Shown in pieces: positions 18,969 through 27,974 of a stretch of DNA of 64,000 nucleotides. Every line of letters starts with the position of its first letter. The stretch's first letter is position 1. Under the pieces are notes generated by a model. It was not told where the DNA came from, did no database searches, and saw nothing but the letters and a program-made list of their open reading frames with translations. Source of the stretch: Candidatus Eiseniibacteriota bacterium. Lineage in GTDB: Bacteria; Eisenbacteria; RBG-16-71-46. The position numbers and the translations under genes are program-made. Location of the stretch: assembly GCA_963725865.1 (NCBI GenBank), contig CAVSAC010000014.1, positions 1,088,001-1,152,000 on the forward strand, in the 5' to 3' direction.

Positions 18969-19889
18969 ATGACCCGGAAGAAGCGCAGTATCGATGTGAT
19001 CGGCGTGCCGGTCGACCTCGGCGCGGGCCGCCGGGGCGTCGACATGGGTCCGTCGGCCATCCGCATCGCCGACCTCGAGTCCCGCCTGGAATCGCTCGGC
19101 CACAAGGTCCACGACGAGGGTGACCTCGACGTGATGATCCCCGAGACCCAGAAGGTCGGCGAGGACAAGCTCCGCTACAAGACGCCCGTGCTGGCAGCCT
19201 GCGACGAGTTGCGCCGCGCGGTCGAGGAGAGCCTCGGCAAAGGCCGGCTCCCGCTCGTTCTGGGGGGCGACCACAGCATCGCGATCGGTTCGGTCTCGGG
19301 CACCTCGAACCATGCCGCCCGCGAGGGAGAGCACATCGGGCTGATCTGGTTCGACGCCCACGGCGACGCCAACACCCCGGAATCCACGCCGTCGGGCAAC
19401 ATCCACGGCATGTCGCTCGCGGTGCTGCTCGGCCAGGGCGATCACGACCTCGTGCACCTCGGCGGGCGCGCGCCCAAGGTCCAGGCCCGCAACGCGGTCC
19501 TGATCGGCGTGCGCGATCTCGACGCCGGCGAGCGCGAGATCCTCAAGCGGAGCGGCGTGACCGTCTACACCATGCGCGACATCGACGAGCGCGGGATGCG
19601 CGACGTGGTCGACGAGGCGATCCGCCTCGCCGGCGACGGCACCGCGGGCATCCACCTCTCGTTCGACCTCGACGTGCTCGATCCCGAGGACGCGCCCGGG
19701 ACCGGCACCCCGGTGTGGGGCGGCATCACGTATCGCGAGGCGCACCTGGCGATGGAGCTGCTCGCCGATCGCGCCAACATCGTGGCGATGGACCTGGTCG
19801 AGGTGAATCCGGTGCTCGACACCCAGAACATGACCGGGATCCTCGCCGCCGAGCTCGCCCAGAGCGCGCTCGGCAAACGCATCCTCTGA
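18969..19889 (+). CDS. rocF: Arginase
   Basis: GVDMGPSAIR, LGGDHSIA, WFDAHGDANT, SGNIHGM, HLSFDLDVLDP, EVNP. Confidence 0.95.
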   Translation: MTRKKRSIDVIGVPVDLGAGRRGVDMGPSAIRIADLESRLESLGHKVHDEGDLDVMIPETQKVGEDKLRYKTPVLAACDELRRAVEESLGKGRLPLVLGGDHSIAIGSVSGTSNHAAREGEHIGLIWFDAHGDANTPESTPSGNIHGMSLAVLLGQGDHDLVHLGGRAPKVQARNAVLIGVRDLDAGEREILKRSGVTVYTMRDIDERGMRDVVDEAIRLAGDGTAGIHLSFDLDVLDPEDAPGTGTPVWGGITYREAHLAMELLADRANIVAMDLVEVNPVLDTQNMTGILAAELAQSALGKRIL

Positions 19890-19921
19890 CTCAGTCCGCG
19901 CCGCCCGCGGCGCGAGGAGAC

Positions 19922-20374
19922 ATGTCCCGAACGATCGTGCGACTCGTGATGCTGGCCGCGGTGCTGGCGGTCGCGCTGTGGATGCGGCTGGCCCCGCACG
20001 CGCCCCCGACGGTTCGCGGAGCGACGTCGCCGGTGGCGACCGCGCCGGCGACCGCACCGGCGGCGCAGACGCACGGGTTCGGGCCCGCGGTCGGGTTCCA
20101 GAGCCGCGAGCGGTGGATGGAGCATTTTCAGAAGCACGGTGCCGAGCTCGGCTGCACGAGCCCGGAGGAGTACCTGCGCCGCGCGCAGGCGCTGCGCGAT
20201 CGCCCGGCGGCCGGCGACGTGCTGGAAGCGGTGCGCGGTGACGGGGTGGTGACGCGATTCGACCGTGCGAGCGGGCTGTTCGTCGCCTTCGGCGAGGATG
20301 GCGTGCTGCGCACCTGTTTTCGACCCCATGACGGCGAGTCGTACTTCCGCCGTCAGCTCGAACGGGAGCACTGA
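19922..20374 (+). CDS. Signal/TM-anchored protein with a pyocin/polymorphic-toxin-like small nuclease domain
   Basis: Hydrophobic N-terminus and Ala/Pro linker, then EHFQKHGAELG....EEYL..A...R.DG...RFD...G.F.....G.LRTCFRP. AGGAG RBS. Confidence 0.65.
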   Translation: MSRTIVRLVMLAAVLAVALWMRLAPHAPPTVRGATSPVATAPATAPAAQTHGFGPAVGFQSRERWMEHFQKHGAELGCTSPEEYLRRAQALRDRPAAGDVLEAVRGDGVVTRFDRASGLFVAFGEDGVLRTCFRPHDGESYFRRQLEREH

Positions 20375-20778
20375 TGACGGCGATCGACCCGGTAAGGGAC
20401 CTCCTGCGCTCGCGCGGTTGCGCCGACCGCGCGGTGGAGGGTGGTCTCGAAGGACTGCTCGAAGCGTGGGAGCGGGTGGCCGAGACGCTCGAGGGCGGCT
20501 ACGCGCTGGGCCTCGACGACTACCTCAACGACCTGGACGTGCGCGAGCTGCTCGACGCGGTGATCCTGCTGGCGACCGACCGCGACCGCACCAAGGCGGC
20601 CAAGCGGCTGGCGGCGATCGACACGCGCGTGCGATCGGCCACCGAGCCCGCGGGGCGCTGCCTGTGGGGCGAGCGCGTGGCGAGGTCGCACGGCTGGACC
20701 CTGACGACGCACTGGTGGTACTACGTGCGCCCGCGCCGCATGGGCACCGAGCTGCGCGCCGACCTGGGCGACGCCTGA
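20374..20778 (+). CDS. Hypothetical helical protein, candidate immunity partner
   Basis: TGATG-coupled to the previous gene. W..V...LEGGY....DDYLNDL..R ... WWYY.RP. Confidence 0.65.
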   Translation: MTAIDPVRDLLRSRGCADRAVEGGLEGLLEAWERVAETLEGGYALGLDDYLNDLDVRELLDAVILLATDRDRTKAAKRLAAIDTRVRSATEPAGRCLWGERVARSHGWTLTTHWWYYVRPRRMGTELRADLGDA

Positions 20779-21302
20779 TGCGGGCGACGAGGCCGCCGCG
20801 CGCCGCGATCGCCGCGCTCCTGCTGCTCGCACTGGCCCTCATCACCGCGGCGGCGCCCGCGCCCCGGGGCGCGACCGGGAGCCCGGTCCGGCGGCCGGAG
20901 GCGGCGCGCGAGGACAGCCTCGCGGTGCGGCGCGGCATCGATGCCGCGAACGCCGTCTACCTCGACGCGTTCCGTCGCGGCGACGCGGTTGCGCTCGCCT
21001 CGGTCTACGACGAGGACGCCGCGCAGCTGCGGCCGGGCGGCCAGGTGGTGCGCGGCCGCGCGGCGATCGCCGCCAGCCTCGCGCCGCTGCTGCAGCGCAT
21101 CCACTTCATCAACGGCAGCATCACGTCGTCGTCGCTGTGGCACGTGGACGACCTGGTGTACGACGTCGGCCACTACACCTTCGTGTTCCAGCCCGAGGGC
21201 AAGGACACGCTGGTCGAGCGCAGCCGCTACCTGAACGTCTGGAGACGGCAGGCCGACGGCACGTGGCGCATCTGGCGCGACGTGCCGGTGCCGCGCGAGT
21301 AG
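20778..21302 (+). CDS. Secreted DUF4440/SnoaL (NTF2-like) protein
   Basis: Signal peptide, AFRRGDAVALASVYDEDA, VRGRAAI, RYLNVWRRQADGTWRI. TGATG-coupled. Confidence 0.85.
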   Translation: MRATRPPRAAIAALLLLALALITAAAPAPRGATGSPVRRPEAAREDSLAVRRGIDAANAVYLDAFRRGDAVALASVYDEDAAQLRPGGQVVRGRAAIAASLAPLLQRIHFINGSITSSSLWHVDDLVYDVGHYTFVFQPEGKDTLVERSRYLNVWRRQADGTWRIWRDVPVPRE

Positions 21303-21308
21303 CGGCCG

Positions 21309-23027
21309 TCAGGTCCGCACGCCGCGCAGCAGGGCGAGCAACCCGGCGCGCAGCTTCGCATGGGAGTCGAAGCGGCGCACGAACTCGCTCTCGCGGCGTC
21401 CGCCCTTCGCACGGATGACCTCGACGAACGCCCGCCGCTCGGCCGCGGTCCAGCGCGCCAGCCCGGGCAGCATCAGCACCAGCGGCGCCCAGCGCGCGAG
21501 CGCCAGCTCCTCCTCGCCGCTCCAGCCGCGCCGCGCGGTGGGCAGCCCGAGGCGCGCCGCGGCCTCGGCCGCGCACACCGGCTCGGCGAGCCGACGCTCC
21601 GCCCCGAAGCGCGTGCTGATCATCCGCATGATCGCGATCCCCACGTTCGGGATCGGCACCCGGCCGATGACGTCGCGCCGCGGGCGGCCGAGGTGCCAGT
21701 ACACGTTCTCCTCGCCGAGCCGTTTCAGCGTCGCGAGCGAGGAGCGATGCGCGGGATCGGCGGCCATCCGGCGCTCCTCGCGCCGCATCAGCCGCACCGC
21801 GGTCGGCGCCGCCGGGCGGAAGCCGAGCTTGCGGTAGAACCACCAGGCGCCCGACGCGAGCCCCTCGTGGTTGCCCGCACCTCCGAGCTGGTACGGGAAG
21901 ATCGTGAACGCGTCCGAGCCGAACAGCGCGCGCAGCATGCTCAGCACGCGCCCGTACACCGCGCCGGCCTCGGCGCCCCGGTAGGTGTCGAACACGTTGT
22001 ACGCGACTTCCGACGAGCCGAACAGCGCGCTCGAGAGCACGTAGCCGATCGGCACGCCGTTCTTGAGCGTGAGGAAGCCGTACACCGATTCGAGCAGCAG
22101 ACGGCGCTCCGGGGTCACGCCCATCGCCGCGAACTGGAGCCCCGCGCCGCAGTCCACCACGCGCACGTCGCGCGGGTCGGCGTACGAGAACGCGTCGAGG
22201 TCGCGACTACGCGTCACCATCGCCGCCCGCGCGAGGTCGATGAGCCGCTGGCCCTCGCGCTCGTCCACCGCGCGGATCGCCCGCGGCGGTCGCGCCAGCT
22301 CGGCGCGCAGATCGGGCCGCTCCCGCCGCAGCGGGCGGTGTTGATAGGCGACCCGCGCCCGCGGCCAATGCGCGTGCGTGCGGGTCGGCGTACCGGGGCC
22401 GGGCGACAGCACCAGCGGCAGGTCGAGCCCGTCCCACACCTTCTCGCGCGCGAAGTCGTCGTGCACCGCGTCGGGCAGCCGCCGCGCGAGGAACGACGCA
22501 TCGGTCTCACTCGGACCCTTCAGACGCGCGAGCCAGCCGCGCAGCCCGTAGTCGTACTCGTCGAGCCCGGGCGTCTCCGAGTAGATCGCGAACAGCGGCA
22601 GCAACGACTCGAGCCGTGCCGGCTCGTCGAGCGCGTCCCAGTCGACGGCGAGCGCGCGTGGCCAGCGCTCCGCGAGCCAGCGCGCGGTGGACTGGAAGAA
22701 CGGGTAGTGGATCGCGGTGCCGGCGATGCCGCTGTCGGCGAGCGCCGCGCGGAAGCGCCGCACGTCGGCGCGGCGGCCGAAGCCGCTCAGCACGCGCTCC
22801 ACCGCGGCGCGCACGCGCCGGTCGTCGGGGTAGGCGCGCAGGAACAGCAGTGCCTCGTGCAGGCGCAGCACGCGCTCGGCGGTGACCTGCGGCGCGCGGG
22901 CGAGCGCGCGGGCGAGCGCGGACTTCTCGCGAGCCAGTGCCGGGACGCCGTACTCGGCCTGGATCGACTCGAGACGGACGAGCGCGTCGGCGCGCACGCG
23001 GGCGCGCGGGCGTCCGCGCCGGCTCAT
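21309..23027 (-). CDS. Hypothetical protein (572 aa) with a GNAT-like C-terminal region
   Basis: Start MSRRGRPRAR overlaps the upstream stop. KNGVPIGY...NVFDTYRG...AWWFYRKLGFRP. Confidence 0.7.
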   Translation of the reverse strand: MSRRGRPRARVRADALVRLESIQAEYGVPALAREKSALARALARAPQVTAERVLRLHEALLFLRAYPDDRRVRAAVERVLSGFGRRADVRRFRAALADSGIAGTAIHYPFFQSTARWLAERWPRALAVDWDALDEPARLESLLPLFAIYSETPGLDEYDYGLRGWLARLKGPSETDASFLARRLPDAVHDDFAREKVWDGLDLPLVLSPGPGTPTRTHAHWPRARVAYQHRPLRRERPDLRAELARPPRAIRAVDEREGQRLIDLARAAMVTRSRDLDAFSYADPRDVRVVDCGAGLQFAAMGVTPERRLLLESVYGFLTLKNGVPIGYVLSSALFGSSEVAYNVFDTYRGAEAGAVYGRVLSMLRALFGSDAFTIFPYQLGGAGNHEGLASGAWWFYRKLGFRPAAPTAVRLMRREERRMAADPAHRSSLATLKRLGEENVYWHLGRPRRDVIGRVPIPNVGIAIMRMISTRFGAERRLAEPVCAAEAAARLGLPTARRGWSGEEELALARWAPLVLMLPGLARWTAAERRAFVEVIRAKGGRRESEFVRRFDSHAKLRAGLLALLRGVRT

Positions 23028-23281
23028 ATGTGCTGTCCGTCGGGCCGCGCGGTCGAGCCGCCGTCGTCGCCCTCCGCCGGCACCCAGCCTTCGTCCGGCA
23101 GCAGCATGTCCGCCTCGCCCGTGATCCGATGGATGCGCACCGGCACCACGTCGCCGTCCACGGTCATGTGGTCGTAGCGATAGGCGGTCGGCCACACGTA
23201 GCAGCCGAACAGCGCGACCAGCGCGCCGACCACGCACCACCAGAGCAGGCGCAGCACGGTGCGCGCGGCGACGGCGGGCAT
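23024..23281 (-). CDS. Small single-TM membrane protein (85 aa)
   Basis: MPAVAARTVLRLLWWCVVGALVALFGCYVWPTAYRYDH...; overlaps both neighbours at their stop/start codons. Confidence 0.65.
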   Translation of the reverse strand: MPAVAARTVLRLLWWCVVGALVALFGCYVWPTAYRYDHMTVDGDVVPVRIHRITGEADMLLPDEGWVPAEGDDGGSTARPDGQHI

Positions 23282-25274
23282 CAGCGCGCCCACTTCTCGA
23301 ACCACGCCAGCGTGCGCGTGTACTGGTCGGCGCGATGGCGGGGCTCGCGCAGCCCGTGGCCCTCGCGCGGGTAGTGCACGTATTCGGTCGGCACCCCGAG
23401 GGCGAGCAGCGCGCGGTAGAGCTGCTGCGCCTGCGGGGGCGGGACGCGCGCGTCGTTCTCGCCGACCTGGATGAGCGTCGGCGTCTTCGCATTCTGGATG
23501 GAGGTGAATGGCGACGATTTCGCCCACGCCTCGGGGTTCTCCCACGGGGCGCCCTCGAACTCGAAGGCGCGGTACTTCTGCACGTCGCTCTGGCCGTAGA
23601 ACGAGGCGAGCTCGACCGCGCCCGCGAACACGCAGGCGGCCTTGAAGCGGGTGGTCTGCGTGATCGCCCACGCGGTGAGATAGCCGCCGTACGAGCCGCC
23701 CATCACCGCGAGCCGCCGCGGATCGACGAGCCCGCGGGCGACCAGCGAGTCCACGCCGCTCATGACGTCGCGCCAGTCCTGCCCGCCCCAGTCGGCGCGC
23801 TGGCGCAGCATGAACGCCGTGCCGTAGCCGCCGCTGGAGCGGAAGTTCGGCATGAACACCTGCCAGCCGTTGGCGGCGAAGTACTGCGCGCCGCTTTGGA
23901 AGCCGAGCCCGTAGCGCGAGCCGTACGGGCCGCCGTGCAGCACCACCAGTGTGCGCAGCGGCGCGTCCGCGGGCGCGCCGGCGGGCCGCACCAGCAGCCC
24001 CTCGACCCGCACGCCGTCGGTGCTCGCCCATCCCACCGCGCGGCTGATCCCGAGCGTGGCCTTCTGGATCGCGGAGTTGAGCGCGGTGACGCGGTGCGCG
24101 GGCTCGGTGATGTCGTCGGCCAGCCACACCTCGGCCGGCTCGTTGGACCGCGATTGCACCCACGCGGCGCCGCCGCGCGACGACATCGCGAACGCGCCCG
24201 TCTCACCGCGCACGTCGGACTCGAGCCGGACGGGCCCGCCGCCGATCGGCACCCACGCGAGCTGCGAGCTCACCCCCTGCTGCGACCAGAAGTACAGGGT
24301 CTCGCTGTCGCGGCCCCACTCGGGCGCGTCGGCGTCCTCGTCGAAGCCCGCGGTGAGGTTGCGCGCGGGCCCGCCGGTCGCGGGGGCGACCCACAGGTCG
24401 GTCTTCTGCACGTAGCGGGTGCGGTCGCCGCCCGCCGCCCACGCGATCCAGCGACCGTCCGGCGACCACGCCGGCTCGCGGCCCAGCACGCCGAGCATGC
24501 GCACCGCGCCGCCCGCCACCGGAACGATGGCGATGTCGACGGCGTTCTCGTCGTCGGGCTTGCCGGTCGGACTCACCAGACAGGCGAGCTGCTTCGAATC
24601 GGGCGACCAGTGCACCGCCCAGCAGTACCGCGGTCCGTCGACGAGCTGCCGCTGGACGCCCGTCGCGATCTCGACCACCCACAGGCGCGCATACTGGAGC
24701 CGCTCGTCCTCGACCGCGTGGTCCCACTTCTTCTTCCGCCACTCCCGCACCGCCTTCGGCAGGGTGTCGGTCTTCACGTACGCCAGGTAGCGGCCGTCGG
24801 GCGACCACGCCACCTCGCCGATCGCCTCGTCGTAGGTGCCGAACGCCCACGGCTCGCCGCCGCGCAGCGAGATCATGTAGATCGCGGGCCTGGCGTCGTC
24901 CCCGGTGCCGCGCGAGCCGACGAACGCGAGCGTGTCACCGCCCGGCGAGAACGTCGGGCTGACGTCCGCCTTCGGATGCCGCGTGAGGCGCACGGCGTCG
25001 CCCGGGTGGATGGCGTCGACCAGATAGAGGTCCGAGTTGTTGGAGTCCTCGGCGGTGTCCGGCGAGCTCGCCACCACTGCCAGGCGCAGACCATCCGGCG
25101 ACCACACGAGCGAGTTGATGGTGGTCAGCGTCAGCAGGTGATCGAGGCGGAATGCGTTCGACGCGGGCGTCGCCGGCGTGGCCGCGGCGCGGCGGAGCGC
25201 GGCTTCGCGACGACGGGTGAGCGGGCGGTGAGCGCGAGCATCAGGACGATCGACAGGCGGGCGAACAGGCGCAT
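23281..25274 (-). CDS. S9 family acylaminoacyl/dipeptidyl peptidase with beta-propeller; frameshifted just after the signal peptide
   Basis: WSPDG repeats, LHGGP, GGSYGG, D(ARV) and REGH. The signal-peptide ORF from ATG 25274 (GGAG RBS) is out of frame with the body. Confidence 0.85.
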
Positions 25275-25467
25275 CGGGAGCTCCGGTCGGCGACGGGGAT
25301 CGCGGCAGTCGACGCGCGAGCCTAATGGAAGGGCGGCACCGGTGCCACCCGCGGGTGCCCTACGGAGGGCCGCGACCGGCGCGGCCGGGAGCCGCGGCGC
25401 GGGTGCCAGCGCGGTGCGGAACGGACGGAGCGCCCGGGCGCGGAGGCTCGCCCGGACACCGCGCGGA

Positions 25468-25836
25468 TCAGCGTCCGGTGTTCTCGGACCGATCCGCGGG
25501 CTTCACCACCACCCGGTGCGCCGTCGTGCGGCCGCCGTCGTCACGGTAGTAGACCGTGACGTGCGCGTCCTTCTCGAGCTCGCCGGTGGTGGACATCTCC
25601 GCGTGCCTCGCGAACGTCATCGTGCGCGAGGTCTTGCCACGCTTCTCGACCGTGATGCTGGTGCGATCGAGCGCGGTCACCCAGCCCGTGAACTGTCGCA
25701 GCGACGTCTTCTTCACGGTCCGGGTCTGCGTCGCGGCGCCCTTCGCGGGGGCCGCCAGCGCGTTGCGCGCGCCGAGCCCGCCCGCTCCGCACAACAGCGC
25801 GGCCACGAGCGGCACGGCGATCCAACCCTGCTTCAT
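25468..25836 (-). CDS. Small secreted basic beta-rich protein (OB-fold-like)
   Basis: MKQGWIAVPLVAALLCGAGG signal and GAGGAG RBS. FTGWVTALDRTSITV...GELEKDAHVTVYY....AHRVVV. Confidence 0.7.
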   Translation of the reverse strand: MKQGWIAVPLVAALLCGAGGLGARNALAAPAKGAATQTRTVKKTSLRQFTGWVTALDRTSITVEKRGKTSRTMTFARHAEMSTTGELEKDAHVTVYYRDDGGRTTAHRVVVKPADRSENTGR

Positions 25837-25954
25837 CCTCCTCACCTCCCTTCGTCACCTCGGGAGCAGGGCGCGCGCAATCTAGGGAGGCACTCGCGTG
25901 CTCGTCAAGGCCCGAGTCGCGATCCAGGCGGGTGAGTACGAGGTCGACGGCGCG

Positions 25955-26899
25955 TCATCCTTCGTGCACAGGGGGCCGGCGGTCGCGGGCGTGCCGCGCC
26001 GCGCGCCATAGCTGCACGTACGCCGCGATCGTCGCCTCGAGCGGCCGCGCGTAGCCACCGCCCAGGGTGACCACGACGGGTACGGCGTGGGACTCGCACC
26101 ATTCGAACACCCGCGCGTCGCGTGCCGCGAGTCCGGCGTGGGTGAGCGCGAGACGGCCGAGACGGTCCTCCGCGAGTCCGTCGACGCCCGCCTGGTAGAA
26201 CACCACGTCCGGCGCGTGAGCGGCGAGCGCGCCCGGCACGTGCGCGTCGAGCGCCGCGAGGAACGCGGCGTCCTCGCAGCCGTCCGGCAGCGCGACATCG
26301 AGCGAGCCGCGCTCCTTGCGTGCCGGGTAGTTGCGCGCGCCGTGGATCGAGAGCGTGAAGATGCTGGGGTCGTGCGCGCACAGGGCGGCCGTGCCGTTGC
26401 CCTGGTGCACGTCGAGGTCGAGCACGAACGGCCGCCGTGCGCGACCCTCGCTGCGCAGCATCGCGATCGCGATCGCGATGTCGTTGAACACGCAGTACGC
26501 CTCGCCGCGGTCGCGGAACGCGTGGTGGGTGCCGCCGGCGAGGTTGCCGGCCACGCCATGCAGCCACGCCGCGCTCGCGGCGGCGACCGTGCCGGCGACC
26601 GAGGTGCGGGCGCGCTCGACCAGCGCGGGCGTCCACGGGAGCCCGAGGCGGCGCACGGCGGCGTCGTCGAGTCGCCCGCACAGCGCGCGGTCGACGTAGT
26701 CGGGATCGTGGGCCGCTTCCAGCCAGGCCACCGGAGCTGGCGCGGCACGATGGACGTGGGCGGCCTCCAGCACGCCTGCGGCGAGCAACGCCTCGCGGGT
26801 CAGCGCGTACTTGGCGATCGGGAACGGGTGATCCGCGGGCAGCGGCACCGGGACGTGGTCGCTCGACCACGCGTGGAGCGGCCGTGCGGGATCGCTCAT
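25955..26899 (-). CDS. Histone deacetylase family (zinc-dependent deacylase)
   Basis: HPFPIAKY, GGTHHAFRD, FNDIAIA, DLDVHQGNGT, YQAGVD, DRLG, GGGY. Confidence 0.92.
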   Translation of the reverse strand: MSDPARPLHAWSSDHVPVPLPADHPFPIAKYALTREALLAAGVLEAAHVHRAAPAPVAWLEAAHDPDYVDRALCGRLDDAAVRRLGLPWTPALVERARTSVAGTVAAASAAWLHGVAGNLAGGTHHAFRDRGEAYCVFNDIAIAIAMLRSEGRARRPFVLDLDVHQGNGTAALCAHDPSIFTLSIHGARNYPARKERGSLDVALPDGCEDAAFLAALDAHVPGALAAHAPDVVFYQAGVDGLAEDRLGRLALTHAGLAARDARVFEWCESHAVPVVVTLGGGYARPLEATIAAYVQLWRAARHARDRRPPVHEG

Positions 26900-27738
26900 G
26901 CGCGGGGGGGACGGCGCAGGCCGAGCTTGCGCAGGCGCGACGTGAGCGTCGTGGCGGGCAGCCCCAGGATGCGCGCGGCGCCGTGCGGGCCGCTCACGCG
27001 CCAGCGCGTGTGCTCGAGCACGCGCAGCAGCGCGTCGCGCTCGAGATCGGCGAGCGGCCGCAGATGAGAGCCATCCGGCGGCGCTGCGAGTGCGGCCGCG
27101 GCGTTCTGGGGGGCGACCGCCGGCGCCGCCACCGCGCGGCGTTCCCCGCCCGCCGCCGTCCGGGCACCGAGCGTGCGCGCCGTGACGAGCGCGTTGGCCG
27201 CGAGCCGGGCCGCGAGCGTCAGGGCGGCGCCATCCGACTCCCGCCAGGCGCGGCGCGAGAACGCCGCCAGCACCCCGAGCAGCTCGTCGCGGAACAGCAG
27301 CGGCAGCGCGGCGAATCCCAGCACGCGATGCGCGGCGAGCCATCCGGGCTCGGCGAGGCCCAGCCCGGAGAGATCGCCCTGCACCACGTAGGGCTCCAGC
27401 GTGACGGCGACCATGCCGACGCGGCGCGCGCCGATCGGGAAGCGACGGAACGGGCCGTCGAGGCGACCGGTCAGTCCGGCGCTCGCCGCCAGGTGCAGGC
27501 AACCGGAGCGATCCGCGCACTCCTCGCGCAGTGCGCACTCGGCGCACAGGTCGCCGGGCCCGCGCAGCCAGACGCGGGCGAGCACCGCGTCGAACGCCTC
27601 GGCGCAGCCCGCCGCGATCGCCGGCAGGACGCTCGATCCGTCGGTGGCCCCGGCCAGGGTGTCGGACAGCCGCAGAGCGAAGCGCTCGATGGCCACCTGT
27701 GGCGAAGGACTGGGCTGAACCTCGGCTCCCGGGTGCAT
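26896..27738 (-). CDS. Cys-rich GAF domain fused directly to a Fis-type HTH (FhlA/HyfR-like, no AAA+ domain)
   Basis: ARVWLRGPGDLCAECALREECADRSGCLHLAASAG...LPLLFRDELLGVLAAFSR, then LRPLADLERDALLRVLEHTRWRVSGPHGAARILGLPATTL. AGGAGG RBS precedes ATG 27738. Confidence 0.8.
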   Translation of the reverse strand: MHPGAEVQPSPSPQVAIERFALRLSDTLAGATDGSSVLPAIAAGCAEAFDAVLARVWLRGPGDLCAECALREECADRSGCLHLAASAGLTGRLDGPFRRFPIGARRVGMVAVTLEPYVVQGDLSGLGLAEPGWLAAHRVLGFAALPLLFRDELLGVLAAFSRRAWRESDGAALTLAARLAANALVTARTLGARTAAGGERRAVAAPAVAPQNAAAALAAPPDGSHLRPLADLERDALLRVLEHTRWRVSGPHGAARILGLPATTLTSRLRKLGLRRPPRA

Positions 27739-27764
27739 CGGCGAGCGAACCTCCTGAAGCAACA

Positions 27765-27828
27765 CATGATCTCGATATGTCGCCAATCCATGATTTCTCG
27801 TTATTTCGTGATTGGCGATATTTCGCCA
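27765..27828. promoter_or_regulatory. AT-rich patch with three CG(A/T)TAT(G/T)TCG boxes; probable operator array
   Basis: cgatatgtcg 27773-27782, cgttatttcg 27799-27808, cgatatttcg 27816-27825. TCGCCAATC/GATTGGCGA form an inverted repeat. Confidence 0.65.
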
Positions 27829-27974
27829 TCAGGATGGGCGAGTCTGCACACCCTCGTCAAGATCCTTCTGGGCACCAAAGGGGGTGCCGGGCGCCGTCCC
27901 GGATGCGGTCGTCGATCGAAGACGAGGGTCATCGGCCAGGCAGGCTGCCCCGATCCTCGCGACCGCGACCGCCC

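Noticed and set aside
25131..25133. TGA ending the S9 signal-peptide ORF as selenocysteine or readthrough
   Set aside because: The enzyme body is in a different frame, so readthrough would not restore it.
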